64,000 nt of DNA from Gemmatimonadota bacterium. Lineage in GTDB: Bacteria > Gemmatimonadota > Gemmatimonadetes > Palauibacterales > Palauibacteraceae. Under the pieces are notes generated by a model. The model saw only the letters and a program-made list of their open reading frames with translations. It was not told the DNA's origin and did not search any database. The DNA lies in assembly GCA_020351855.1 (NCBI GenBank), contig CP070670.1, forward strand, positions 2,843,274 to 2,907,273. Direction: 5' to 3'. Of the stretch, positions 18,320 through 28,343 are shown one piece after another (within the stretch, counting starts at the first letter, position 1; every line of letters begins with the position of its first letter). A program made the translations under genes and the position numbers.

Positions 18320-20053
18320 ATGAAGCTCGCCGACACGATGGCGTGGAGGCCCGGGAGCCTGCAGGCGGCGCTGTACGCCACCCTGGCCGCCGCCGTCCTC
18401 GCCATGGCCTGCGCCGACCGCGCGCCCCGGACGGACGAGGCGGCGGAGGTTCCGAACGAGGCCGCCCTGATCGCCCGCTACGCCGCGCCGCTCGAAGGGG
18501 CCCCCGGATCGGTACCGCTGTTCGACCGGCTGGGGACTTACCACCGCGCGATCTCGACAGGATCCGCCCGGGCGCAGAGCTATTTCGACCAGGGACTGCG
18601 GCTCCAGTACGCGTTCAACCACGCCGAGGCGATCCGAGCTTACGAGGAGGCGCTGCGCTACGACCCTCACTGCCCCATCTGCTGGTGGGGCATCGCCCTG
18701 GCATCGGGAAACAACATCAATGCGCCGCTGGAGACCGAGAGCGGCCGCCGGGCTTATGCCGCGGTGCAGAGGGCGGTGGAGCTGTCGGAGAATGCCGGGC
18801 CGGCGGAGCGTGACCTCATCGCGGCGCTGGCCGCCCGGTACGGTCCGGATCCCGGGAAGAACCGGGTGAGCCTCGACTCCGCCTACGCGCGGGCCATGGC
18901 CGATGTCGCAGCGGCCCATCCGGATGACGGCGACGTGCTCACGCTGTACGCCGCTTCCCTCATGAACCTGAGCCCCTGGGACTACTGGGATGAAGACCAT
19001 CAGCCGAGGCCGGGAACGGAGCAGATTCTCGCCGCGCTGACTCGTGCACTCGAGCTCGACCCCGATAACCCCGGAGCCTGCCACTACTACATCCACTCGG
19101 TGGAAGCCGCCTATCCGGAGCGCGCGGTAGAGTGCGCCGACCGGCTGGCGGCGCTGATGCCGGGCGCCGGCCATATCGTCCACATGCCCGGCCACATCTA
19201 CATCAGGGTCGGACGGTACGCGGATGCCGTGCGGGCCAACGAGCACGCGGTGCATGAGGACGAACAGTACATCGCCGACCAGCAACCCGGCGGCGGTCTC
19301 TACCCGACGGCCTACTACCCGCACAACTACCATTTCATGTGGTTCGCGGCATCCATGGCGGGGATGAGCGAGAAGGCACTGTACGCCGCGCGCACCGTCG
19401 CCCCGAAAGTGCCCCATGAGGTGGCGAAGCAGATCTACTGGATCCAGAACGTGCTCGTGCTTCCCCAACTCGCCCAGGTGACCTTTGGCCGCTGGGAGCC
19501 CGTGCTCGAGGCGCCAATGCCGCCCGAGGACCTTCGGACCGCAACCGCCATGGCCCGGTACGCTCGCGGGGTCGCTCTGGCAGCCACCGGGCGCCCCGCC
19601 GACGCGGCAGCGGAGCTGGACGAGATCGAGCAGCTGCTGGCCGACTCGGGGGAGGGAGAAGACGGGCTGGGCACCAACGAGGTGATCGCGATCGCCCGGC
19701 TCGCGCTGGCGGGCGAGATGGCGCTCCGCACAGGAGACCCGGCGATGGCCGTCGAGCACTTCACGGCCGCGGTCGAGATCGAGGACAGCATGCTCTACGA
19801 GGAACCACCGCTATGGTACTATCCGCTCCGCCACTCGCTCGGCCTCGCCCTGCTCGAGGCCGGGCGGCCGGCGGATGCCGCAGCAGCGTATCGGGAGGAC
19901 CTGAAGCGCTTCCCGGAGAACGGCTGGTCGCTCTACGGCCTCGCCCAGGCGCTGTCTGCCCAGGGAGCGGAAGCCGAGGCGGACAGCGTACGAGCACGCT
20001 TCGAGACGGCCTGGTCCGGAGCCGACACGCAGCTTGCGGCGTCGCGCTTCTGA
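18320..20053 (+). CDS. TPR-like repeat lipoprotein / secreted protein (hypothetical)
   Basis: Start chosen at MKLADTMAWRP..LAMACADRAP (lipobox-like) with a GGAGAGGAAG RBS. TPR-like helical repeats follow. The longer ORF from 18179 has a junk-like N-terminus. Confidence 0.65.
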   Translation: MKLADTMAWRPGSLQAALYATLAAAVLAMACADRAPRTDEAAEVPNEAALIARYAAPLEGAPGSVPLFDRLGTYHRAISTGSARAQSYFDQGLRLQYAFNHAEAIRAYEEALRYDPHCPICWWGIALASGNNINAPLETESGRRAYAAVQRAVELSENAGPAERDLIAALAARYGPDPGKNRVSLDSAYARAMADVAAAHPDDGDVLTLYAASLMNLSPWDYWDEDHQPRPGTEQILAALTRALELDPDNPGACHYYIHSVEAAYPERAVECADRLAALMPGAGHIVHMPGHIYIRVGRYADAVRANEHAVHEDEQYIADQQPGGGLYPTAYYPHNYHFMWFAASMAGMSEKALYAARTVAPKVPHEVAKQIYWIQNVLVLPQLAQVTFGRWEPVLEAPMPPEDLRTATAMARYARGVALAATGRPADAAAELDEIEQLLADSGEGEDGLGTNEVIAIARLALAGEMALRTGDPAMAVEHFTAAVEIEDSMLYEEPPLWYYPLRHSLGLALLEAGRPADAAAAYREDLKRFPENGWSLYGLAQALSAQGAEAEADSVRARFETAWSGADTQLAASRF

Positions 20054-20088
20054 CCGCGCCCGCAGACGCCTACGGGCTCGGAGGAGGA

Positions 20089-20649
20089 ATGAGCGAGAGG
20101 ACGATGGAGCGCACCCCGGTTCTGCCCGCCGCGGCGGTCGAGCGGATCCGGACGTCCGTTGACCGGGGGATCGAGGCCATGAAGCGTCGCGACTCGGTGG
20201 GCCGGGGCACGGCGGTGACGAAGGTGCGCATGGTCGATGGCCTGACCTGCCGGGTGGAGGACGGCGCCTGGTCGCTGACGGTGGACATGCCCGGCCGGGC
20301 GGGCGGGAACGACGCGGGCCCCAACCCCGGGGTGATCGGGCGTGGCGCGCTCGGCTCCTGCCTGGCGATCGCGTACGGATTGTGGGCGGCCCGACGCGGG
20401 GTCCCGATCGACTCGCTGGAGGTCGAGGTGCAGGCGGACTACGACGTGCGCGGACAGTACGGGTTGGACGAAAACATCCCCGTCGCGTACAGCGAGATCC
20501 GGTATGTCGTCTCCGTGCGGAGCGACGCACCCGAGCACGAGGTGCTGGCGGCGCTCGAGGATGCGGAGGCGCACTGCGTCTACCTCAAGATCTTCACGGA
20601 GCCCCAGCGCGTTTGCCGGGAAGTGCGATTCGAGGGGGCGAGCCGCTAG
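20089..20649 (+). CDS. OsmC/Ohr family protein
   Basis: 186 aa OsmC-like with a GGAGGAGG RBS. The long upstream extension in the ORF track (from 19813) is not protein-like. Confidence 0.75.
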   Translation: MSERTMERTPVLPAAAVERIRTSVDRGIEAMKRRDSVGRGTAVTKVRMVDGLTCRVEDGAWSLTVDMPGRAGGNDAGPNPGVIGRGALGSCLAIAYGLWAARRGVPIDSLEVEVQADYDVRGQYGLDENIPVAYSEIRYVVSVRSDAPEHEVLAALEDAEAHCVYLKIFTEPQRVCREVRFEGASR

Positions 20650-20657
20650 GAGGAAAC

Positions 20658-21497
20658 GTGGACGCGAGGCTTCAGCGCAGGGTGCAGCGATACGGCTGGG
20701 ACCGGTCCGCTCGGCACTACGAGCGCTACTGGAAGCGCCAGCTCGAGCCGGCGCAGTCGCTGCTTCTCCGCATGGCAGGGCTGCGGCAGGGGGAGAAGGT
20801 GCTGGACGTGGCCTGCGGCACGGGGCTGGTGACGCTGCCCGCGGCCGACGCCGTGGGCCCGGCCGGGGAGGTCGTCGGCATCGACATATCCGACCGGATG
20901 GTCGAGCAGGTGGCGCGGCAGGCTGCGGATCGGGGCATCGCGCACGTGCGTTCGGAGCGGATGGACGCCGAGGCATTCAGCTTCCCCGATGCCACCTTCG
21001 ACGCCGTGCTCTGTGGCCTGGGGCTGATGTACGTGCCGGATCCGGAGCGATCCCTTCGCGAGATGCACCGGGTGCTCAGGCCGGGCGGACGGGCCGTAAG
21101 CGCCGTCTGGGGCTCGAGGAAGAGGTGCGGCTGGGCCGAGATCTTCCCGATCGTGGACGCGCGTGTGAGCACCGAGGTCTGTCCCCTGTTCTTTCAGCTC
21201 GGGACCGGGGAGGCGCTGGCCCTCACCTATCGGGCGGCGGGGTTTCAGCAGATCGATACGGAGCGGATCGACACCGTTCTCGAATACGACGGGCCGGACG
21301 ACGCGCTAGGCGCGGCGTTCGCGGGCGGACCGGTCGCCATGGCCTACGCGCGCTTCGACGAGGCGGATCGTGCCGGCGCCCACGCGGAGTATCTGGCCTC
21401 GATCGAGCCGTACCGGGTCGACGGAGGGTACCGGATCCCCGGCGAGTTCGTCGTCGTCAGCGGGATGAGGGGACAGAACGCTTCTCTCACCGTATAA
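20658..21497 (+). CDS. Class I SAM-dependent methyltransferase (Methyltransf_11-like)
   Basis: VLDVACGTGLVTL motif I, DAVLCGLGLMYVPD, LRPGGRAV. GTG start 8 nt after the OsmC stop, with a TAGGAGGA RBS. Confidence 0.8.
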   Translation: MDARLQRRVQRYGWDRSARHYERYWKRQLEPAQSLLLRMAGLRQGEKVLDVACGTGLVTLPAADAVGPAGEVVGIDISDRMVEQVARQAADRGIAHVRSERMDAEAFSFPDATFDAVLCGLGLMYVPDPERSLREMHRVLRPGGRAVSAVWGSRKRCGWAEIFPIVDARVSTEVCPLFFQLGTGEALALTYRAAGFQQIDTERIDTVLEYDGPDDALGAAFAGGPVAMAYARFDEADRAGAHAEYLASIEPYRVDGGYRIPGEFVVVSGMRGQNASLTV

Positions 21498-21605
21498 TGG
21501 GGGATTGCAGGTGAACTCGGATTCTCCGCGTCCCGCCTTGCCGCGGGGGGAAAGGCACCCGATGCAGCAGCTTGACCGGTCCGCGACACCGGACGGTGAG
21601 CGCCC

Positions 21606-23201
21606 TTGAAGAGGCTCCGCGTAGGCGTCGTCGACCTCGTCGCCAAGGCCCCGATGCGCTCCCTCTACGCGCGCCTCATGCACCCGAACCTCGCGGGCCT
21701 CATGCCCCAGGCGGTCGCCGTCTGGGCCGAGCAGCTGGGCCACGACGTCCACTACGTGTGCTACACGGGGTTCGAGAACCTCCTCGAGGAGCTCCCGTCG
21801 GACACCGACATCGTGTTCATCAGCGCGTTCTCCCAGGCCGGGCAGCTCGCCTACGCGGTCAGCAACCTGTTCCGGTCGCGGGGCGCGGTGACGGCGCTCG
21901 GAGGGCCTCATGCGCGCTGCTATCCGGAGGACGCGCGGAAGTACTTCGACTACGTGCTCGGTCTCACGGACCGCTCGACGATCGAGGCCGTGCTTCGGGA
22001 CTGCGCACCGCACCGGCCGTACGGCGAGCACCTGAGCGCCGCCCGGCAGCCGGCCCGGCTGCCGGGCGTGAGGGAGCGCTGGAAGTTCATTCAGCCGACA
22101 CTGGCCAAGGCACCGACGAGCGTGAAGGGGGTGCCGATGATCGCCAGCCTCGGCTGCCCCTATACCTGCAGCTTCTGCATCGATTCGACGATCAAGTACC
22201 AGCCGCTGGATGCGGACGAGATTCGGGAAGACCTCGAGTTTCTCGTCCGCACGATGCCCGGCGCCTGGGTAGGCTGGCACGACCCCAACTTCGGGGTCCG
22301 CTTCGACGACTACATGGAGGCGATCGAGGCCGCGAACGGTGACGGCAAGCTGTCCTTCGTGGCCGAGAGCAGCCTGTCGCTCCTCGCGGAGCCGCGCCTG
22401 CGGCGGCTCCGGGATGCCGGCTTCAAGGCGCTCTTGCCGGGCATCGAGTCCTGGTACACGCTGGGCAACAAATCCAAGACGGGCGCCGAGACGGGGCTGG
22501 CAAAGGTGGAAGCGGTCTCGGACCATGTGAACACGATCCTCGAGTATGTCCCCTACGTGCAGACGAACTTCGTGCTCGGGCTGGACACGGACGAGGGACC
22601 GGAGCCGTTCGAGCTGACGAAGCGGTTCATCGACAGGACGCCGGGGGCGTTTCCGGGCTACTCCTTGCTGTCGGCGTTCGGAGAGGCGGCGCCGCTCAAC
22701 CTCGAATACCAAAAGGCGGACAGGGTGATACCCTTCCCCTTCCACTTCCAGAACAACAGCCAGGCGATGAACGTCCGCCCGCTGAACTACGAGTGGGAGG
22801 ACTTCTACGATCACGTCATCGACCTGACCCAGTACAGCTTCTCGTGGCGGAGCATCGGCCGGCGCGCGCGAGCCACGAAGCGCGGGTTCGCCACCTGGAT
22901 GAACATCGTTCGGGCCATCTCGTCGGAGGGGTTCGGGCGGATCAAGTACTATTCCGCGGTCCGGGAGGCCCTGGGGACGGATCCCGCGATGAGACGGTTC
23001 TTCGATGGCGAGACCGCCGAAGTGCCCTCGTTCTACGTGGACCGCCTCCGCAAGGAGCTGGGACCCGCCTGGGAGTGGCTGCCGGAGGGAGCCCTCCAGC
23101 ACGATCCCAAGGCCTACCTGAAGAAGGTGAACGCGGGACTCGCCGAAGGCGCGAAGACCGACCCTCCCGAGCTACCGCCCGCCGCCGCTGCCCTGGGCTG
23201 A
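21606..23201 (+). CDS. Radical SAM protein with N-terminal B12-binding-like domain and long C-terminal extension
   Basis: CxxxCxxC cluster motif GCPYTCSFC, N-terminal Rossmann-like region, 531 aa. TTG start preceded by GGTGAG; an ATG alternative lies at 21654. Confidence 0.7.
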   Translation: MKRLRVGVVDLVAKAPMRSLYARLMHPNLAGLMPQAVAVWAEQLGHDVHYVCYTGFENLLEELPSDTDIVFISAFSQAGQLAYAVSNLFRSRGAVTALGGPHARCYPEDARKYFDYVLGLTDRSTIEAVLRDCAPHRPYGEHLSAARQPARLPGVRERWKFIQPTLAKAPTSVKGVPMIASLGCPYTCSFCIDSTIKYQPLDADEIREDLEFLVRTMPGAWVGWHDPNFGVRFDDYMEAIEAANGDGKLSFVAESSLSLLAEPRLRRLRDAGFKALLPGIESWYTLGNKSKTGAETGLAKVEAVSDHVNTILEYVPYVQTNFVLGLDTDEGPEPFELTKRFIDRTPGAFPGYSLLSAFGEAAPLNLEYQKADRVIPFPFHFQNNSQAMNVRPLNYEWEDFYDHVIDLTQYSFSWRSIGRRARATKRGFATWMNIVRAISSEGFGRIKYYSAVREALGTDPAMRRFFDGETAEVPSFYVDRLRKELGPAWEWLPEGALQHDPKAYLKKVNAGLAEGAKTDPPELPPAAAALG

Positions 23202-23294
23202 TGCTCCGCCAGCCGGCGGCTCGCCGGCCGGCCGATCGTGGGCGACGCGCCTTCAGGCGGCATCCCGACACCGGGCACCGCGGGTTCTGACGCG

Positions 23295-23318
23295 AGAGCC
23301 CCGCCAGGGCGGGGCTCT
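23295..23318. terminator. GC-rich hairpin between convergent genes (possible bidirectional terminator)
   Basis: AGAGCCCCGCC / GGCGGGGCTCT 11-nt inverted repeat. No clear U-tract. Confidence 0.3.
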
Positions 23319-23363
23319 GCGCTGCCTGCAGCCGGACCGCCGCTCGGCGGCCGGCAGAGAACC

Positions 23364-24122
23364 CTACGGCTTGGTGATCCGCATCTCCCAGATGTAGTCC
23401 GTGTGCGAGCCGCAGATCTCGCTGAACGCGTTCATCGTGAGAGGCTCTTCCTCCCACAGGTCCTCGATGATCTGGCCTCGGGCCGCGAGCAGCGAGGCCA
23501 GGTCGGTCGCATCGATTACGGAAACCCTGCGGTACTCTCCGCCGATGTTGTGGGTGAGCCAGCTCCAGCCGGTGATGGTCCCCTCGGCCACATGCCGGTT
23601 GTAGATCTCGGCGAGGCTCTCCTCCACCATGTCATCGGTGCGGCCTTCCTCGACGAAGTCGCACACCATGTACGTGGACATCGCCACGGAGGGGCGCCCC
23701 TGCGACATCAACGGATCCGAGGCCGCCGTGACCTCCCACACCTGGTCGTCGTGCGAGGGGCAGACCTCCATCAGCCGTGGAAGCGCATCGGCGGCCTCCG
23801 CCTCCAGATCCGACTCGAGGGCCTCGCGGGCCATCATGACGGAGGGGACATCGGCCCCCACCATGTAGAGCAGTCGGCGCCAGTGGCCTCCGGTGTGATG
23901 GGCGTACCAGCCCCATGAGTTGATGTTGCCCTCGGCCACGTGCCGATCGAGGATCGGCCCGAACTGTTCGGCGATGATCGTGTCGGCTCGGGCCTCCTTC
24001 GACTGGTTGCAGTGGAAGTACATGCCGAAGACGCCCGGATCGGGCTCTTCCTCCTGTGCAAGCGCGGTCAGCGGCAGCAGCAGGGCAGCCAGCGCCGACG
24101 CGAGGGTGAGTCGCGACCTCAT
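23364..24122 (-). CDS. Secreted hypothetical protein made of two tandem copies of a ~110-aa Cys/His-containing domain
   Basis: Signal peptide MRSRLTLASALAALLLPLTALAQ. Repeat 1 is FHCNQ...RHVAEGNINSWGWYAHHTGGHWRR...CPSHDDQVWE. Repeat 2 is MVCDF...RHVAEGTITGWSWLTHNIGGEYRR...CGSHTDYIWE. Confidence 0.65.
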   Translation of the reverse strand: MRSRLTLASALAALLLPLTALAQEEEPDPGVFGMYFHCNQSKEARADTIIAEQFGPILDRHVAEGNINSWGWYAHHTGGHWRRLLYMVGADVPSVMMAREALESDLEAEAADALPRLMEVCPSHDDQVWEVTAASDPLMSQGRPSVAMSTYMVCDFVEEGRTDDMVEESLAEIYNRHVAEGTITGWSWLTHNIGGEYRRVSVIDATDLASLLAARGQIIEDLWEEEPLTMNAFSEICGSHTDYIWEMRITKP

Positions 24123-24260
24123 GCGAGCCTCCTTTGATGGGACGGGACGATGAGCGCAGTCGACTATCGGTATACGGAGCATCAGCCGAGGCTGCAATGC
24201 CCCTGACCGGAGGACGCGGCCCTGGCCTGCCGGGCTCGGGTGACGTCATTTGGAGCCGGC

Positions 24261-25136
24261 ATGACGACCCAAACCGAAGTCGCGCCGCTCCGCCGGGTGA
24301 TCGTAAAGCACCCCCGCGAGGCCTTCGTCAGCGACCTCACGGTCGCGCGGGCCTGGCGCGACTTCGGGTTTGAGGGCCGGCCCGACCTCCGCACGGCGAT
24401 CGACGAGTACGATGCCTTCCTCGAGATCCTCGAGGGGTTCGGGACGGAGGTCCATCGTCTGCCGCGCGACGACCAGGTGGGCCTGGACTCGCTCTATCCG
24501 CGGGACGCCGCCATCTCCACGGACGCCGGACTGGTGCTGTGCAACATGGGCAAGGCGCTGCGCCGGCAAGAGCCGCGCGCCCTCGAACGGTTCGCCGCGG
24601 AGCTGGGCCTACCGGTCCGCGGGGCGATCACGGGCCGCGGCCTCCTGGAAGGTGGCGATGTGGTGTGGCTCGACGAGCGCACGCTGGCGGTGGGACGCAG
24701 CTACCGGTCGAACGAGGAAGGCATCCGTCAGCTGCACGACATTCTCGGCGAGGCCATCGAGCTGGCCGTCGTGCCGCTGCCCCATTATCGGGGGCCGGGC
24801 GACGTGTTCCACCTGATGTCGATCCTGAGCCCGATCGACCGGAAGCTGGCGCTGGTCTACTCGCCGCTGCTGCCCATCCCGTTCCGCGAATGGCTGCTGG
24901 CGCGCGGGATCCGGCTTGTCGAGACTCCGGAGCCCGAGTTCCGCTCTCTCGGCTGCAACGTCCTGACGCTCGCTCCGGGCCTCTGCGTGGCACTGGAAGG
25001 AAACCCTCTGACGCGGGCACGCCTCGAGGCGGCCGGCGCGCAGGTGATCACGTTCCGGGGCTCCGAGATCTGCGCCAGGGGAAACGGCGGCCCCACCTGT
25101 CTGACCCGCCCGCTGGAGCGCGGCCCCCAGGGCTGA
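24261..25136 (+). CDS. Amidinotransferase superfamily protein (dimethylarginine dimethylaminohydrolase / arginine deiminase-like)
   Basis: DDAH-like fold motifs and a C-terminal catalytic Cys region (GNGGPTCLT). ATG 24261 has a GGAG RBS; a GTG alternative lies at 24240. Confidence 0.7.
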   Translation: MTTQTEVAPLRRVIVKHPREAFVSDLTVARAWRDFGFEGRPDLRTAIDEYDAFLEILEGFGTEVHRLPRDDQVGLDSLYPRDAAISTDAGLVLCNMGKALRRQEPRALERFAAELGLPVRGAITGRGLLEGGDVVWLDERTLAVGRSYRSNEEGIRQLHDILGEAIELAVVPLPHYRGPGDVFHLMSILSPIDRKLALVYSPLLPIPFREWLLARGIRLVETPEPEFRSLGCNVLTLAPGLCVALEGNPLTRARLEAAGAQVITFRGSEICARGNGGPTCLTRPLERGPQG

Positions 25137-25167
25137 GGTGCAGCGAGCGCGGTCTCGGGCGGGCGGA

Positions 25168-26760
25168 CTATCCTTCTCGCCTCGCGTCCCGGAGGACGGC
25201 CCGCGCGGCATTGGTGCCGGGAATCGCGCTTACGCCCCCGCCCGGATGCGCGCCGGCCCCGCACAGATAGAGTCCACGTACCGGGGTGCGGTAACGGGCC
25301 CATCCGGGCACCGGACGCATGAAGAAGAGCTGGTCGAGCGCCATCTCGCCGTGCGCGGCGCAGCCCCCGGAGAGGCCGTAGGTCTCCTCCAGGTCGGCCG
25401 GAGAGATCACCTGGCGGTGCAGGACGGACCGCTCGAAGCCCGGTGCGTACTCGGCGAGCGTCCGGACGACGAGGTCGCCCAGCGCGTCGCGACGCGCCCC
25501 GTCCCACGCTCCTTCCCGGAGATCGAGCGGCGCGTACTGCACGTACACAGACATCACGTGCCGGCCCGGCGGCGCGAGGCTCGAATCCGTCAGGGAGGGA
25601 AGCACGGCCTCGAGAACTGGCGATCGGGAGATTCCGCCGTACTTGGCATCGTCGTACGCCATCTCCAGATGATCGAGGCCGGGGCTGATCCGAATCAGGC
25701 CCGCCAGCAGCCCGGGCTCTCCCTCTGCCCCAGTAAATCGGGGAAGCTCGGCCAATCCCAGGTTCACCTTCGCGCCGGCCCCGCGCATCCGGATGTGGCC
25801 CACCTGTCGCACGAACGCGGGATCGAGCGCCTCCGGTGGCACCAGCTGCAGGAAGGTGCGCCTCGGATCGGCGTTCGAGACGACCCGCCGCGCGGCGATC
25901 TCCTCCCCGTCGACGAGGGCCACGCCCGTCGCCGAGCCGTCGGCCGTGCGGATCTGCCCCACCTCCGCCCCGGTCCGGATTTCGGCGCCGCTCGCCTGCG
26001 CGGCGCTCGCGAGGGCTGCGGTCAGGCGGCCCGTGCCGCCGACCACCAGCTCCGTCGGGCGCAGCACTTCGGGGCCGGGCGAGAGGCTGCCCAGCAGGTG
26101 GTACGCGGTGCCGGCGGCGCGCGGCCCCTGGAAGAACCCGGTCACGGCCGGGGCCGCCAGCACACCGCGCAGCGGCTCGGACTCGAACCACTCGTCGAGA
26201 AGCTCCGCCGCCGACATGGGCAGGAGCCGCAACACCTCGCCCAGCTCCCTCCGGCCCAGGTACCTGAGGCGGGCGAGTAGCCCGAGGAGCGCGCGGAGAT
26301 CCCGGGACGCCTCCATCGGCACATCCGGCGGGACCATGCGGCGTACCTGGGCGAGGAAGCGCACGGCAGGCCTGGCGGCCATCCCGAAGCGGGACCAGCG
26401 CTCCGCATCGGCGGGCGAGCGGCGCCGGATCTCCCCGGCGGTCCGGGCGGGGTCCGTCCAGATGAGGAGGGGAGCCCCATCGCGCGTGGGGACGAACACG
26501 GGCGGATCGGGCCGACGAAGCTCCAGCCCGTGGCGCGCCAGCCCGAGGTCGCGGATCAGCGTCGGCTGAAGGCCCCCGGTCCGGTGGGCGCAGCTGTCGA
26601 ACCGAAAGCCGGGGACGGACTCCTCCGTGACGGCCGCGCCTCCCAGGACCTCGCGGCGCTCCACCACCAGCACGCGGAGTCCGGCCCGGGCGAGATACGC
26701 CGCACAGGCCAACCCGTTGTGGCCGGCGCCCACCACGATAACGTCGTGCCGTGGGCTCAT
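25168..26760 (-). CDS. FAD-dependent oxidoreductase of the phytoene desaturase (CrtI-like, COG1233) family, paralog 2
   Basis: DVIVVGAGHNGLACAAYLARAGLRVLVVERREVLGGAAVTEE dinucleotide-binding motif. The start is chosen at the ATGA overlap with the upstream paralog. Confidence 0.75.
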   Translation of the reverse strand: MSPRHDVIVVGAGHNGLACAAYLARAGLRVLVVERREVLGGAAVTEESVPGFRFDSCAHRTGGLQPTLIRDLGLARHGLELRRPDPPVFVPTRDGAPLLIWTDPARTAGEIRRRSPADAERWSRFGMAARPAVRFLAQVRRMVPPDVPMEASRDLRALLGLLARLRYLGRRELGEVLRLLPMSAAELLDEWFESEPLRGVLAAPAVTGFFQGPRAAGTAYHLLGSLSPGPEVLRPTELVVGGTGRLTAALASAAQASGAEIRTGAEVGQIRTADGSATGVALVDGEEIAARRVVSNADPRRTFLQLVPPEALDPAFVRQVGHIRMRGAGAKVNLGLAELPRFTGAEGEPGLLAGLIRISPGLDHLEMAYDDAKYGGISRSPVLEAVLPSLTDSSLAPPGRHVMSVYVQYAPLDLREGAWDGARRDALGDLVVRTLAEYAPGFERSVLHRQVISPADLEETYGLSGGCAAHGEMALDQLFFMRPVPGWARYRTPVRGLYLCGAGAHPGGGVSAIPGTNAARAVLRDARREG

Positions 26761-28343
26761 CGGCGGCGGTCCCTCAGAATCCTCGCGGCCGCTAGGCGAC
26801 CGGGCGCTCCGCAGACCCCCCCTCCCGGATGAGCCCCCGAACCGCACAGGTACAGGTTGGCGATCGGCGTCCGGTAGTCCGCCCATCCGGGGGCGGGGCG
26901 GAGGAAGAACAGCTGGTGAAGGGAAAGCTCGCCGTGGAAGATGTTCCCCCCGGTGAGTCCGAAGGTCTCCTCCATGTCCGCCGGGGTGAGAACCTGGCGA
27001 TGGAGGATGAGGTCACTGAGATCCGGGGCGTACTCGCACAGCGTATCGATCACCGCGTCCCCGAAAGCCTCCCGCCGAGCATCGTTCCAGCCCCCATCGA
27101 GCTCGTACGGCGCATACTGCACGAAGATGGACATCACGTGCCGGCCGGGCGGCGCCATGCCCGGGTCGATCATCGAGGGCAGGACGATGTCCATGTACGG
27201 ACGCTTCGAGAACGCCCCGTACTTCGCGTCGTCGTAGGCGCGCTCCAGGTACTCCACGGTAGGACTGATCGAGATCGCCCCGCGGAGGTGCGCCCCGTCC
27301 CCTGGAAGCGCCGTGAAGCTCGGTGCCCCCGCGAGGGCGAGGTTCACCTTGCCGGACGATCCGCGAATCCGGAAGCGACGGATCGCATCGACGAAGTCCC
27401 GAGGCAGATCCTCCGGTTCGAGAAGGTCCAGGAACGTCCGCTTCGGATCCACTCCCGAGACGACGATCGGCGCCTCGATCTCCTCGCCGCTCGCCAAAAG
27501 AACACCGACCGCCCTTCCCCCCCGCGTGAGAATCCGCTCCACCGGTGCCTCGGTTCGCACCCGCGCGCCGAAGCCCCGCGCGGCCGACGCGATCGCCTCG
27601 CTCACGGCACCGGTCCCGCCGCGGGCGAAGCCCCAGGCGCGGAAGGCCCCGTCGATCTCGCCCATGTAGTGGTGCAGCAGCACGTAAGCCGTTCCCGGCG
27701 ATCTCGGGCCGAGAAACGTCCCGATGATCCCGCTGGCCGACATCGTGGCCTTGAGCGCCTCGGTCTCGAACCACTCGTCCAGGAAGTCGGCCGAGCTCAT
27801 GGTCATCAGCTTCACCAGGGCGGCCAGCTTCTCCGCGCCCAACCCTCTGAAATGGCCTGCCAGGCGCGCCATGGAGGCCAGGTTGCGCGGGCGCCACGAG
27901 GCGGGGTCGGGCGGCGCCATCTCCAGGACCGGCTTGACGGCCATGGCCAGCTGCACCATTAGCCGGCCGAACTCGTCGTACGCCTCGGCATCGCGATGGG
28001 AGTGCCGATGGATCTCCTGCCGGGTCCGGTCGTGGTCGGCCCACCGCACGAGATGATCGCCGTCCGGGAGCGGCGTGAACGTGCTCTCCAGCGGGAGGAT
28101 CTCGAGGCCGTGCCGGGCGAGATCGAGATCCCGGATGATCTCGGGCCTGAGGAGGCTCACGACGTAGGAGCACACGCAGTATCGGAAGCCGGGGAACACC
28201 TCCTCCGTCACCGCGGCCCCGCCCAGCACGTGCCGCCGCTCGAGCACCAGCACATTCAGGCCCGCACGAGCCAGATAGGCCGCGTTCACGAGACCGTTGT
28301 GTCCGCCTCCGACGATCACCGCATCCGGCCTTGCGCGCGTCAT
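26757..28343 (-). CDS. FAD-dependent oxidoreductase of the phytoene desaturase (CrtI-like, COG1233) family, paralog 1
   Basis: DAVIVGGGHNGLVNAAYLARAGLNVLVLERRHVLGGAAVTEE. Clearly paralogous to the downstream gene along its length. Overlaps the GcvT-like stop by 4 nt. Confidence 0.8.
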   Translation of the reverse strand: MTRARPDAVIVGGGHNGLVNAAYLARAGLNVLVLERRHVLGGAAVTEEVFPGFRYCVCSYVVSLLRPEIIRDLDLARHGLEILPLESTFTPLPDGDHLVRWADHDRTRQEIHRHSHRDAEAYDEFGRLMVQLAMAVKPVLEMAPPDPASWRPRNLASMARLAGHFRGLGAEKLAALVKLMTMSSADFLDEWFETEALKATMSASGIIGTFLGPRSPGTAYVLLHHYMGEIDGAFRAWGFARGGTGAVSEAIASAARGFGARVRTEAPVERILTRGGRAVGVLLASGEEIEAPIVVSGVDPKRTFLDLLEPEDLPRDFVDAIRRFRIRGSSGKVNLALAGAPSFTALPGDGAHLRGAISISPTVEYLERAYDDAKYGAFSKRPYMDIVLPSMIDPGMAPPGRHVMSIFVQYAPYELDGGWNDARREAFGDAVIDTLCEYAPDLSDLILHRQVLTPADMEETFGLTGGNIFHGELSLHQLFFLRPAPGWADYRTPIANLYLCGSGAHPGGGVCGAPGRLAAARILRDRRR

